From the NCBI RefSeq assembly GCF_009831105.1, contig NZ_WUUQ01000001.1:750001-782000 (forward strand): DNA of 32,000 nt, written 5' to 3'. Every line of letters begins with the position of its first letter. Within the stretch, counting starts at the first letter, position 1. Of this stretch, positions 1-11,456 are shown one piece after another. The notes below the pieces were generated by a model. The model worked only from the letters and a program-made list of their open reading frames with translations. It had not been told where the DNA came from and made no database searches. Source of the DNA: Copranaerobaculum intestinale. Its GTDB lineage: Bacteria > Bacillota_I > Bacilli_A > Erysipelotrichales > Erysipelotrichaceae. The position numbers and the translations under genes were made by a program.

Positions 1-1
1 T

Positions 2-1876
2 TTTACGATCGTAGGCAGCGATGATCAAAAGGCGATCCTTCGAGAAGCATATCGGGAACTCGATGTCGATGTGAAAACCTATAGCTTCAACAGTGTGCTC
101 GGCTACATCAGTCAGAATAAGACTCATTTGGTCGATCCCGATCAGGCAAAGGATTTTGCCAAAGATTGGCGGGGAGAACAGATAAAGGCTGAGGTATATG
201 CATATTATCAGCGGCGGCTGAAAGCGATGTATGCCTTGGATTTTGATGATCTGTTGTTGTTTACTTATCAGCTTTTGAAAGATAATGAAGAAGTAAGACG
301 TAAATGGCAGCGTCGTTTTCAGTTTATCCATGTAGATGAGTTTCAGGATGTTGATGAGCTGCAGTATGCGATTATCCGTTATCTGGTTGGTGATCACAGC
401 TGGCTTTGCGTAGTCGGTGATCCGGATCAGACGATATATACATGGCGGGGTGCACAGGTGGATATCATCATGAACTTTGAACGGGATTTTCCGGATTGTA
501 AAACCATTGTGCTGAATGAGAACTATCGTTCTACTCCATCCATTCTGGCGGGTGCGAACTCGCTGATTAAAAACAATAAAAATCGGATCGATAAAGATTT
601 GTTTACCCGCAAGGATGATACCGGAAAGATCATTCATTTTTCCGCAATCGATGAACAAAATGAACCGGTTTGGGTCAGTGCCAGAATTCGGGCACTTCAT
701 GTTTCGGGCATCAGCTACCGAGATATTGCGGTACTGTATCGAAGCAACTATTTGTCCCGCTCGTTGGAGCGAACTCTTTTGGATGCTCAGATTCCCTATC
801 GCATCTATGGCGGCATTCGGTTCTATGACCGCGCGGAAATTAAGGATTCGTTAAGCTATCTGCGGCTGCTGCTGGATGATAATCCGGCTCAGGATTTAGC
901 TGTAAAACGCGTCATCAATGCCCCAAAACGCGGCATCGGTGCCAAGACGATGGAATTGATCGAACAAGGCGCAAAAGCTCATCAATCTACCTTGTATGCC
1001 TTTTTGAAAGAGGGACCGATCGCTCGGGGAAAAGCACAGACCTCAATTGACGAATTTGTTCGGGTGATCGAGGATTGCCGTGCCCAGCGTGAGGCGCTGT
1101 CAATATCCAGATTACTGGAAAAGGTAATTCAGGACAGCGGCTATCTGTTTTCTCTGGAACAGGATAAAGAAACAGAAAGAATTGAAAATATTAAGGAACT
1201 GATCAATGATATTGATCTTTTTGAACAGAATAATCCTGAGGGTACTTTGGATGAATACTTACAGATGATTTCATTATACACGGATAAGGAACAGGAAAAT
1301 ACCGGTGAATTTGTACAGCTGATGACGGTGCATGCCGCGAAAGGGCTGGAATTTAATCATGTATTTGTATACAGCTTGTGTGAGGGTATCTTCCCAAGTG
1401 AAAAATCCATCAGTGAAGGCGGAGAAAAAGCCTTGGAGGAAGAACGACGCTTGGCATACGTTGCGTTTACGCGTGCTCGCGAGCATTTATATTTATCAGA
1501 TTCTCAGGGGTACAGCTTTGTGCTGGATCGGGTAAAGCGCACCAGCCGATTTGTCCGTGAGATCGATGAAAATTACTTAGAGGATGTCGGATTGCCGCCG
1601 AAGGCAACAGCTCGTTCCTATGGGTATCGGGAAGAGGAAACGCCGTTTTCCTCACAGATGCATCAGCCGATGCCGGATTATATGCCGGATGAAGCATCTA
1701 TAAGACCGGCTAAAAAACGCGGAGGACCTATACGAAAAGGGGATCATGTGGTACACATTGCATTTGGTGAAGGGGTTGTCATCAATGTGAAAGAAGGTTT
1801 GGCTCAAATTGCATTTGACCGTAAGTACGGTATCAGAAAAATCATGGCTGATCATCCTTCACTCGCCAAAAAATAG
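2..1876 (+). CDS. pcrA: ATP-dependent DNA helicase PcrA (UvrD/Rep SF1), 5' end outside window
   Basis: Frame is open from base 2 (FTIVGSDDQKAILREAY...) with no credible start in the window. SF1 motifs VDEFQD, GDPDQTIYTWRGA, NYRS, VHAAKGLEF and LAYVAFTRA are present. The gene sits directly upstream of ligA, as in Bacillus. Confidence 0.9.
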   Translation, partial: FTIVGSDDQKAILREAYRELDVDVKTYSFNSVLGYISQNKTHLVDPDQAKDFAKDWRGEQIKAEVYAYYQRRLKAMYALDFDDLLLFTYQLLKDNEEVRRKWQRRFQFIHVDEFQDVDELQYAIIRYLVGDHSWLCVVGDPDQTIYTWRGAQVDIIMNFERDFPDCKTIVLNENYRSTPSILAGANSLIKNNKNRIDKDLFTRKDDTGKIIHFSAIDEQNEPVWVSARIRALHVSGISYRDIAVLYRSNYLSRSLERTLLDAQIPYRIYGGIRFYDRAEIKDSLSYLRLLLDDNPAQDLAVKRVINAPKRGIGAKTMELIEQGAKAHQSTLYAFLKEGPIARGKAQTSIDEFVRVIEDCRAQREALSISRLLEKVIQDSGYLFSLEQDKETERIENIKELINDIDLFEQNNPEGTLDEYLQMISLYTDKEQENTGEFVQLMTVHAAKGLEFNHVFVYSLCEGIFPSEKSISEGGEKALEEERRLAYVAFTRAREHLYLSDSQGYSFVLDRVKRTSRFVREIDENYLEDVGLPPKATARSYGYREEETPFSSQMHQPMPDYMPDEASIRPAKKRGGPIRKGDHVVHIAFGEGVVINVKEGLAQIAFDRKYGIRKIMADHPSLAKK

Positions 1877-4967
<3,091 letters not shown>

Positions 4968-4978
4968 TAGGAGGGAAT

Positions 4979-5272
4979 ATGGAAACATTTGATCGCGCAT
5001 ATTTTAAAAAGCTTGCCCATCAGATCATGTTTGATTTAAGTGATCAAGAGATCGACGAGCTTCAGGAAGAGTTTAAAGTGCTGGTATCGCAAATGGAGCT
5101 GCTGGAGAAAATCGATACGGATGGAGTAGAACCGATGATCTATCCGTTTGAAGCAGAAACTTCTTACATCCGCGAGGATAAAGTCACGCATGTGTTATCA
5201 GCTGAAGCAGCGCTGCGCAATGCGGCAGATGTTCGGGAAGGACATATCCTTGTTCCGAAGGTGGTGAAATAA
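4979..5272 (+). CDS. gatC: Asp/Glu-tRNA(Asn/Gln) amidotransferase subunit C
   Basis: 97 aa, RBS GGAGGG upstream, 1-nt overlap (TAATG) with gatA. Classic gatCAB order. Confidence 0.9.
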   Translation: METFDRAYFKKLAHQIMFDLSDQEIDELQEEFKVLVSQMELLEKIDTDGVEPMIYPFEAETSYIREDKVTHVLSAEAALRNAADVREGHILVPKVVK

Positions 5273-6693
5273 TGAGAATCACAGATTATAAGAAACAAAA
5301 ACCGGCAGAAAATGCGAAAGATGCGCTGGCAAAGGCAAAGGCGCTTCAGCCGGTGTTGAATGCCGTCGTCACCTTCTATGAGGATACCAAGCAGCAAGCT
5401 GATGCGGCCGATGCTAAGGCGGAAGGACTGCTGCGCGGCGTACCGATTGCCTTAAAGGATAATGTATCGACAAAGGATGTTCGCACCACAGCGTCCAGCC
5501 GGATCCTGGATAACTATGTACCGGTTTATGACGCGGCGATAACCGAAAAGCTGCGCGATGCGGGAGCAATTTTTATTGCCAAGGCAAGCATGGATGAGCT
5601 GGGGATGGGCGGAACCAATTTGAATGCCTATACCGGCAAGGTAAACAATCCATGGGATGTAACTCGTATTTCCGGCGGCAGCAGCGGCGGCAGCGCAGCT
5701 TTGGTTGCCAGTGGTGTTGTGCCGATGGCGATTGGAACGGATACCGGTGATTCGGTACGTAAACCGGCTGCGTATTGCGGTGTGATAGGCATGAAACCAA
5801 CCTATGGAAGAATTTCCCGCTATGGTATTATTCCGTATGCATCCAGTTTGGATCATGTTGGTTTCTTTACTCGCTGTGTGGAAGATGCCGCTGTAACATT
5901 ACAGGTTCTGGCCGGCCGTGATGACCGCGACCTGACCAGCTCTTTTGAACCGGTTTTGGATTACTCTAACCATTTGGATGATCGGATCGAAGGAAAACGG
6001 ATAGCAATTCTCGATAATGTGCAGAACGCGGTCAAGGATGAAGAAAGCTTAAAGCAATTCGATACGCTCATGAAATCGCTGCGTGCTAAGGGTGCGGTCA
6101 TTGAACATATTACCCTGCGTAATGACCTGATGCAGGCCTTGCTTCCTACCTATTCAATACTTGCGAATGCGGAAGCAACCGCCAATCACTCCAATTTGGA
6201 TGGTATTCGCTTCGGCATGCGCGAGCCGGGTGCTTCGGTTGAAGAAGTCATGATCAATTCCCGTACCAAAGGATTCAGCCCAGCCGTGCGCAAACGTTTT
6301 GTTACCGGCAGTTATTCATTGTTTGTGGAAAATCAGGATCGATTGTTTCGCAAAGCGCAAAAGGTTCGCCGCTTAATCGTACAGGAGCTGGAAAAGGCAC
6401 TTCAAAACTACGACGCGGTGATCGCATGTGCTGCGGGCTCGATCGCTCCCCATGCCGAAGATACAAGTGAAGAAAAACTGTCCCAAACCTATCTGGTTGC
6501 AGAGAATCATATGCTGCTGGGAAATTTCTCCGGTTATCCCAGCATCACAGTACCGCTGGGGTTTGTCGGAGGAATGCCGATCGGAGTTTCTTTGACGGCA
6601 AAACCGTTTGAAGAACAGCAGCTGTTGAATATTGCTGCTGCGATTGAAAAAGAAACCGGACTTGCAGATCAAACTGCGGAGGTGAAAGCATGA
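5272..6693 (+). CDS. gatA: Asp/Glu-tRNA(Asn/Gln) amidotransferase subunit A
   Basis: Amidase signature GGSSGGSAALVASG...GTDTGDSVRKPA. ATGA overlap with gatB. Confidence 0.95.
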   Translation: MRITDYKKQKPAENAKDALAKAKALQPVLNAVVTFYEDTKQQADAADAKAEGLLRGVPIALKDNVSTKDVRTTASSRILDNYVPVYDAAITEKLRDAGAIFIAKASMDELGMGGTNLNAYTGKVNNPWDVTRISGGSSGGSAALVASGVVPMAIGTDTGDSVRKPAAYCGVIGMKPTYGRISRYGIIPYASSLDHVGFFTRCVEDAAVTLQVLAGRDDRDLTSSFEPVLDYSNHLDDRIEGKRIAILDNVQNAVKDEESLKQFDTLMKSLRAKGAVIEHITLRNDLMQALLPTYSILANAEATANHSNLDGIRFGMREPGASVEEVMINSRTKGFSPAVRKRFVTGSYSLFVENQDRLFRKAQKVRRLIVQELEKALQNYDAVIACAAGSIAPHAEDTSEEKLSQTYLVAENHMLLGNFSGYPSITVPLGFVGGMPIGVSLTAKPFEEQQLLNIAAAIEKETGLADQTAEVKA

Positions 6694-8114
6694 GTTTTGA
6701 AACAGTAATCGGAATAGAAATCCACTGTGAATTAAAAACCAAAACGAAAATGTTTTCCAGCGCACCGGTAGCCTTTGGGGAAGCAGCGAATACCTGCGTC
6801 AATGAAGTGGATTTAGGTCATCCCGGCACTTTGCCGGCAGTGAATAAAAAAGCGATTGAATTGGCAATTCGGGCAGCTACAGCGCTGCATTGTGAGATTG
6901 ATCCGGTAGTCAAGTTTGACCGCAAGAATTACTATTACTCAGATTTGCCGAAAGGGTTTCAAATTACGCAGCAATTTCACCCGATCGGAAGCGGCGGCTT
7001 TGTGGAAATCGATACGGATAATGGCCCGAAGAAGATCCGGGTCAACCGTATCCATATGGAAGAGGATACGGCAAAACAATTCCATTTATCCAATGGAACG
7101 ATGATTGACTTTAACCGTGCCGGGACACCCCTGGTGGAAATCGTCAGCGAAGCGGATATGCGTTCCGGTAAAGAAGCAGCTGCCTACGTAGAAAAACTGC
7201 GCACAATGCTCTATTATCTTGGCGTCAGTGATGTCCGCATGGAAGAGGGATCAATGCGTTGTGATGTCAATATATCCCTTCGCCCCTATGGCTATGAAAG
7301 CTATGGTACGAAAACGGAAATCAAGAACTTGAATTCTATCAGCAATGTGCAGAAAGCAATCGAGTTTGAAATGGCTCGTCAAAGTGATTTGCTGCTGCAT
7401 GGTCAAACCATCACACAGGAAACCCGCCGCTATGATGAAGCATCTCGCGGAACCATCTCCATGCGTAAAAAAGAGGGGGATGTGGATTATAAGTATTTCC
7501 CCGAGCCTAATATTTTCCCGATCCGGCTGGATGATGCATGGATCAAAAGCATTCAGGAAAACTTGGGTGAGCTTCCACAGCAGCGGAAGGTACGCTATAT
7601 TCAACAATACGGTCTTATGGAGCGTGATGCGGATGTGCTCGTAGCGGTGAAAGAGCTGTCTGATTTTTATGATGAAGTATGTAAATACTGCAAGGAATAC
7701 AAGCTGATCGCGAACTGGACAATCACCGAGCTGAACGCGGCGCTGAATAAACGGAATTTGACAATTCAGGAAAATCCATGCGATCCAAAATATCTCGGCG
7801 ATATGATCAATATGATCAAAAAGCAGGAGATTTCGGGCAAGCAGGCGAAAATCGTATTTGAAGAAATCATGAATGGCAAGGATCCGCAGAAAGTCGTTGA
7901 AGAAAAAGGTATGAAACAGATGAGCGATTCATCGGCCCTGCTGAAGATCATTAATGAGGTGCTCAATAACAATCCGCAGTCGATTGAAGACTTCAAAAAT
8001 GGTAAGGATCGCGCTGTCGGTTTTCTGGTCGGACAAGTTATGAAAGCCAGCAAAGGACAGGCAAATCCGGCCTTGACAAATAGGCTGATACAGGAAGAAT
8101 TAAAGAAAAGATAG
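6690..8114 (+). CDS. gatB: Asp/Glu-tRNA(Asn/Gln) amidotransferase subunit B
   Basis: N-terminal VIGIEIHCEL, NRAGTPLVEIVSE and a C-terminal GatB/YqeY-like tail (VGFLVGQVMKASKGQANP). Confidence 0.95.
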   Translation: MSFETVIGIEIHCELKTKTKMFSSAPVAFGEAANTCVNEVDLGHPGTLPAVNKKAIELAIRAATALHCEIDPVVKFDRKNYYYSDLPKGFQITQQFHPIGSGGFVEIDTDNGPKKIRVNRIHMEEDTAKQFHLSNGTMIDFNRAGTPLVEIVSEADMRSGKEAAAYVEKLRTMLYYLGVSDVRMEEGSMRCDVNISLRPYGYESYGTKTEIKNLNSISNVQKAIEFEMARQSDLLLHGQTITQETRRYDEASRGTISMRKKEGDVDYKYFPEPNIFPIRLDDAWIKSIQENLGELPQQRKVRYIQQYGLMERDADVLVAVKELSDFYDEVCKYCKEYKLIANWTITELNAALNKRNLTIQENPCDPKYLGDMINMIKKQEISGKQAKIVFEEIMNGKDPQKVVEEKGMKQMSDSSALLKIINEVLNNNPQSIEDFKNGKDRAVGFLVGQVMKASKGQANPALTNRLIQEELKKR

Positions 8115-8177
8115 CATTACTACCGTTTTTCTTGTAAAATAGAGATTGATAGGAGTGTGAGTACATGAATCATAAGT

Positions 8178-8837
8178 ATGAATTTTAAACGTTATGGTTC
8201 AGTGAATAATATGAGTAAAAAACCTTCAAAAGAAAATAAACAGCCAACCCAGAAGACTAAAAAACAGCATAATTACATATTATGGGCGGGTCTTATCGTC
8301 TTGCTGATTCCTGTATTGATACTGATATATATTCTGTTTGGTTCAATGGAAAAGACCGGTGTGCCGATCAACGGCAACCGTTTTGATGATGCACTCGACC
8401 CGGCGATTTCAGATAAGCAGGTGAAAACACTGAAAAGTAAGCTCGCGTTTGATCATGTGGAATCTGTTTCGGTCAATTTAAAAACAGCAACCTTACGGGT
8501 GAATATAAATACCAGTGATGATTTGAATCAGGAGCAGATCACGGCTATCGCTAATCAGGCTTATGATACCGTCAATTCCGTTCTGCCGATTAAAACATAT
8601 TTTACGGATACCAACAAGGTTCAAATGTATGATCTGGAAATCAATGTGTATAATGTGATCCCGGATGAAAAGACTCAAACGGCGCAGATATATGTAATTA
8701 AGTCGAAGTCGGCATCTAAGAATGAGCCGGCGCTGCAGGTGGTTAGTCAGCCAAAGAATCAAGATGTAGCGAATTCATTGCTGAATCCCGATACATCGAA
8801 AGTTCCTCAGCAGCCATCTGGCGAAACAGGAGAATAG
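8178..8837 (+). CDS. Hypothetical single-pass membrane protein (start uncertain; alternative ATG at 8211)
   Basis: Lys-rich N-terminus followed by one hydrophobic helix (ILWAGLIVLLIPVLILIYILF) and a polar extracytoplasmic domain. Followed by a clean terminator. No family recognised. Confidence 0.5.
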   Translation: MNFKRYGSVNNMSKKPSKENKQPTQKTKKQHNYILWAGLIVLLIPVLILIYILFGSMEKTGVPINGNRFDDALDPAISDKQVKTLKSKLAFDHVESVSVNLKTATLRVNINTSDDLNQEQITAIANQAYDTVNSVLPIKTYFTDTNKVQMYDLEINVYNVIPDEKTQTAQIYVIKSKSASKNEPALQVVSQPKNQDVANSLLNPDTSKVPQQPSGETGE

Positions 8838-8857
8838 AAGGGCGTAAGCCCTTTTTT
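8838..8857 (+). terminator. Rho-independent terminator
   Basis: AAGGGC-GTAA-GCCCTT stem-loop followed by a T run. Confidence 0.8.
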
Positions 8858-8868
8858 AAGAGGTAGAA

Positions 8869-10473
8869 ATGATGAATAAAAATGAATTTGTTATCGGCAC
8901 TTGTGAAAACTATACACACGATGGACAGGGCGTTGTGAAAATTGACGGTTATCCGATTTTTGTGAAAGGAATTATCCGCGGTGAAAAAGCGAAAATTCAA
9001 ATCATGAAGGATAAAAAAACGTATGCATACGGCAGAGTTGCAGAACTGCTGGAAGTAAGTGCACACCGCATAAAACCAAAGTGTTTGGTTTATGGGAAAT
9101 GCGGTGGCTGTCAGCTTCAGCATATGGATCGAGAAGCCCAGCAGGATTTTAAACGAGAAAAAGTACAGGATGTGGTTACTCGCATCGCAAAGCTGCCGAT
9201 TCGTGTAAATCCGGTATTGGATATGGAGGTACCTTTTGCATATCGAAACAAAGGCCAGATTCCGGTGGATGTAAAACATGGTTCAGTAAAGACCGGTTTT
9301 TACCGTATCCACTCCAATGATATTGTCGATATTGAACAATGTCTGATTCAAAGTGAAGTAATCAATGAAATTTTGCAGGTCATCAAAAAAGATTTAAAGG
9401 TTTATAAGAACGGAAAGGATCTGCGTCATCTGTTGATCAAGCATGCTTTCTCAACCGGGGAAGCGATGGTTGTCTTTATCAGCAGAAATCGCGATATTCC
9501 TCATCTTGATGAAATGATCGCGCACATCCAAACAGTGTATCCAAAACTGAAAACCGTAATTGTGAATTTGAATCAGCGTACAGATAACGTGATCTTGGGC
9601 AATTGTGAGTATATCGTTTATGGAGATGGTTATATCGTAGATGAGCTGCAGGGATTAAAATTTTATATTTCCTCCAAATCATTTTATCAGATCAATCCGG
9701 TGCAGACAGTTAAGCTGTATCAGCAGGTTCTTGCGTATGCTGATTTGACGGGCCAGGAGAAGGTGCTTGATCTTTACTGTGGGGTTGGGACGATATCTTT
9801 ATTTTTAGCAGGCCAGGCTAAATTGGTTACAGGAATTGAAATTGTTCCGGAAGCGATTGCCGATGCGTTACGAAATGTGGCATTAAATAATATTGATAAT
9901 GTTAATTTTGTGTGCAGCGATGCAGCCAGCTATGCGAAAGAGCTTGTGAAAAAGCAGCAGCAGCCCGATGTAATTGTTGTAGATCCGCCGCGGAAGGGAT
10001 GCGATGAGATAACTTTAAAAGCCATGATAAAAATGGAACCGCAGAAGATTGTTTATGTGTCCTGTGATCCGGCAACGTTGGCTCGTGATTTGAAGGTACT
10101 TTGTGAAAATGGGTATGAAGTGCAGGCGATTCAACCTGTAGATATGTTTCCGCAGACGTATCATGTGGAGACGGTTGTTTCCTTGGTTAGAAAAAATCCG
10201 GATGCGTATGTAGACGTCACAATAGATATGGACGAGCTTGATTTAACGGCTTCTGAGACAAAAGCAACCTATCAAGAAATTAAGGATTATATTTTTGAAA
10301 AGTATAACGTCAAGGTTTCTTCATTGTACATTGCACAGGTAAAACAGAAATATGGCATCATTGAACGAGAAAATTATAACAAAACTAAGAGTGATGATAG
10401 TAAGCAACCGAAATGTCCGGTGGATAAAGAAAATCTGATTGCGGAAGCATTAAGGTATTTTAAAATGATATAA
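8869..10473 (+). CDS. rlmD: 23S rRNA (uracil-C5)-methyltransferase RlmD/RumA, chimeric: native to about codon 437, last 97 codons supplied by the inserted element
   Basis: TRAM-like N-terminus, Fe-S cysteines CLVYGKCGGCQLQH, SAM site LDLYCGVGT, and DPPRKG near the C-terminus. Native-type ending ...MFPQTYHVETVV is reached at 10179, then the ORF continues into AT-rich element DNA. Confidence 0.9.
   Translation: MMNKNEFVIGTCENYTHDGQGVVKIDGYPIFVKGIIRGEKAKIQIMKDKKTYAYGRVAELLEVSAHRIKPKCLVYGKCGGCQLQHMDREAQQDFKREKVQDVVTRIAKLPIRVNPVLDMEVPFAYRNKGQIPVDVKHGSVKTGFYRIHSNDIVDIEQCLIQSEVINEILQVIKKDLKVYKNGKDLRHLLIKHAFSTGEAMVVFISRNRDIPHLDEMIAHIQTVYPKLKTVIVNLNQRTDNVILGNCEYIVYGDGYIVDELQGLKFYISSKSFYQINPVQTVKLYQQVLAYADLTGQEKVLDLYCGVGTISLFLAGQAKLVTGIEIVPEAIADALRNVALNNIDNVNFVCSDAASYAKELVKKQQQPDVIVVDPPRKGCDEITLKAMIKMEPQKIVYVSCDPATLARDLKVLCENGYEVQAIQPVDMFPQTYHVETVVSLVRKNPDAYVDVTIDMDELDLTASETKATYQEIKDYIFEKYNVKVSSLYIAQVKQKYGIIERENYNKTKSDDSKQPKCPVDKENLIAEALRYFKMI
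10165..10179. other. attL junction (core GAGACGGT at 10168-10175)
   Basis: The 8-bp core is identical to 22828-22835. It lies exactly where the RlmD sequence stops resembling a normal RlmD C-terminus. Confidence 0.7.
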
Positions 10474-10505
10474 AAGTTCAAAGATTTTAATTTCTAATCT
10501 GCAAT

Positions 10506-10542
10506 CGGCACATTGGTAAATGTAAAAATCCTTCTGTAAAAT
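10506..10542 (+). promoter_or_regulatory. Putative promoter of tnpV (CGGCACA-TTGGTA-N18-TAAAAT)
   Basis: -35 TTGGTA at 10513-10518, 18-nt spacer, -10 TAAAAT at 10537-10542, then a 32-nt leader to the ATG. The architecture is duplicated at 21115-21151. Confidence 0.5.
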
Positions 10543-10574
10543 GATAGTACAATCAAATTACAGGAGGATTTATT

Positions 10575-10946
10575 ATGCAAACAATTTATGAAACCATAGG
10601 TATAGGTTATGTACGACAGGGCGATTATCTCATCCCCAACATTAAAGTTGAAGACAATCCGAATTATGAAATCGGACTGTGGGGTCAGCGTTATCGCAGA
10701 TACTTAAAGCAAAATCATAAGGTGATTTACTACAACTATTTAACAGCAGGAACATTGTATGAACACCTAAGTGAGATTGACAAACGAGCAGAAGAAATGT
10801 TTGATAGCATTGTAAAATCACTTGCCGAGAAGGACAAAGTCAATGAAGTTTTGAAAGCAAAATCACCGATGATATGGGTCGGAGAGATGAATAATATTCG
10901 TAATCAAGCGACTGAAATTGTTATGGATGAGGTGCTTAGTCTATGA
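10575..10946 (+). CDS. tnpV: Transposon-encoded protein TnpV family
   Basis: Motifs characteristic of clostridial TnpV proteins: GDYLIPN, IG.WG.RYRRYLK, HLSEID and W..EMNNIRN.A.EIV. RBS CAGGAGG. Confidence 0.85.
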   Translation: MQTIYETIGIGYVRQGDYLIPNIKVEDNPNYEIGLWGQRYRRYLKQNHKVIYYNYLTAGTLYEHLSEIDKRAEEMFDSIVKSLAEKDKVNEVLKAKSPMIWVGEMNNIRNQATEIVMDEVLSL

Positions 10947-11116
10947 AAAAATATCATCTCTACTTAACATCCGAAGAAAGAATTTTGATTTTAAAATCAC
11001 TTATCGGACTTAAAAATCAATTATCAAAACAAGGCAAATATACTGATGGCGTAGATGAAATCATTCCGAAAATTATAGGAGCCAAGCAGAAAAATCTTAA
11101 AATTAAATACATCTAA
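10943..11116 (+). CDS. Small hypothetical protein (57 aa), translationally coupled to tnpV
   Basis: ATGA overlap with the tnpV stop. Translates as MKKYHLYLTSEERILILKSLIGLKNQLSKQGKYTDGVDEIIPKIIGAKQKNLKIKYI. Followed by a strong terminator. Below the ORF-track size cutoff. Confidence 0.5.
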   Translation: MKKYHLYLTSEERILILKSLIGLKNQLSKQGKYTDGVDEIIPKIIGAKQKNLKIKYI

Positions 11117-11125
11117 GTTAGAATA

Positions 11126-11181
11126 AAAGCACATTGAGCGAGAGAAAATAAATCTCTTTTCAATGTGCTTTATTTATTTTT
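11126..11181 (+). terminator. Rho-independent terminator of the tnpV operon
   Basis: 12-bp perfect stem AAAGCACATTGA / TCAATGTGCTTT with an inner AGAGA/TCTCT pairing, followed by ATTTATTTTT. Confidence 0.8.
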
Positions 11182-11211
11182 GCTGAAATAATAAAATTGA
11201 TGTGCAATCTT

Positions 11212-11325
11212 AGCGAGCAGACCATTTGTATACCCACAAACGGTAAAACTGCTTTCGCTTGCGTGTTCTCAGCGAGCAGTGCATTTGTATATCCATATAC
11301 AAATACCTCGTTAGGGACACCCTAA
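11212..11325. repeat. Two tandem related palindromic hairpin elements (A1 11212-11259, A2 11271-11312) plus a small hairpin (11311-11325)
   Basis: A1 is AGCGAGCAG-ACCATTTGT-ATACCC-ACAAACGGT-AAAA-CTGCTTTCGCT. A2 is AGCGAGCAG-TGCATTTGTATAT-CC-ATATACAAATA-CCTCGTT. An inverted partner lies at 18843-18910. Confidence 0.75.
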
Positions 11326-11456
11326 GACCTAATAAAATGTAGTTTTATTTATCCGACATCCTTACGCTGCACCAATCCAGCCATATCCCTGAACCGCCAT
11401 ATCCACAAAGTGATTCATGAGCAGAGAAACTTTTGAATCAAAGGCTGCTTTATCCT

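Noticed and set aside
8165-8188. 7-codon mini-ORF (MNHKYEF*) behind AGGAGTG, upstream of and overlapping the membrane-protein gene start.
   Set aside because: It could be a leader peptide, but there is no attenuator structure or conserved context. It may simply reflect uncertainty about the true start (8178 vs 8211).
11370-11426. 18-codon minus-strand ORF (MNHFVDMAVQGYGWIGAA) just downstream of res.
   Set aside because: No convincing RBS, too short to evaluate, and it lies in hairpin-rich intergenic DNA. No support beyond an open frame.
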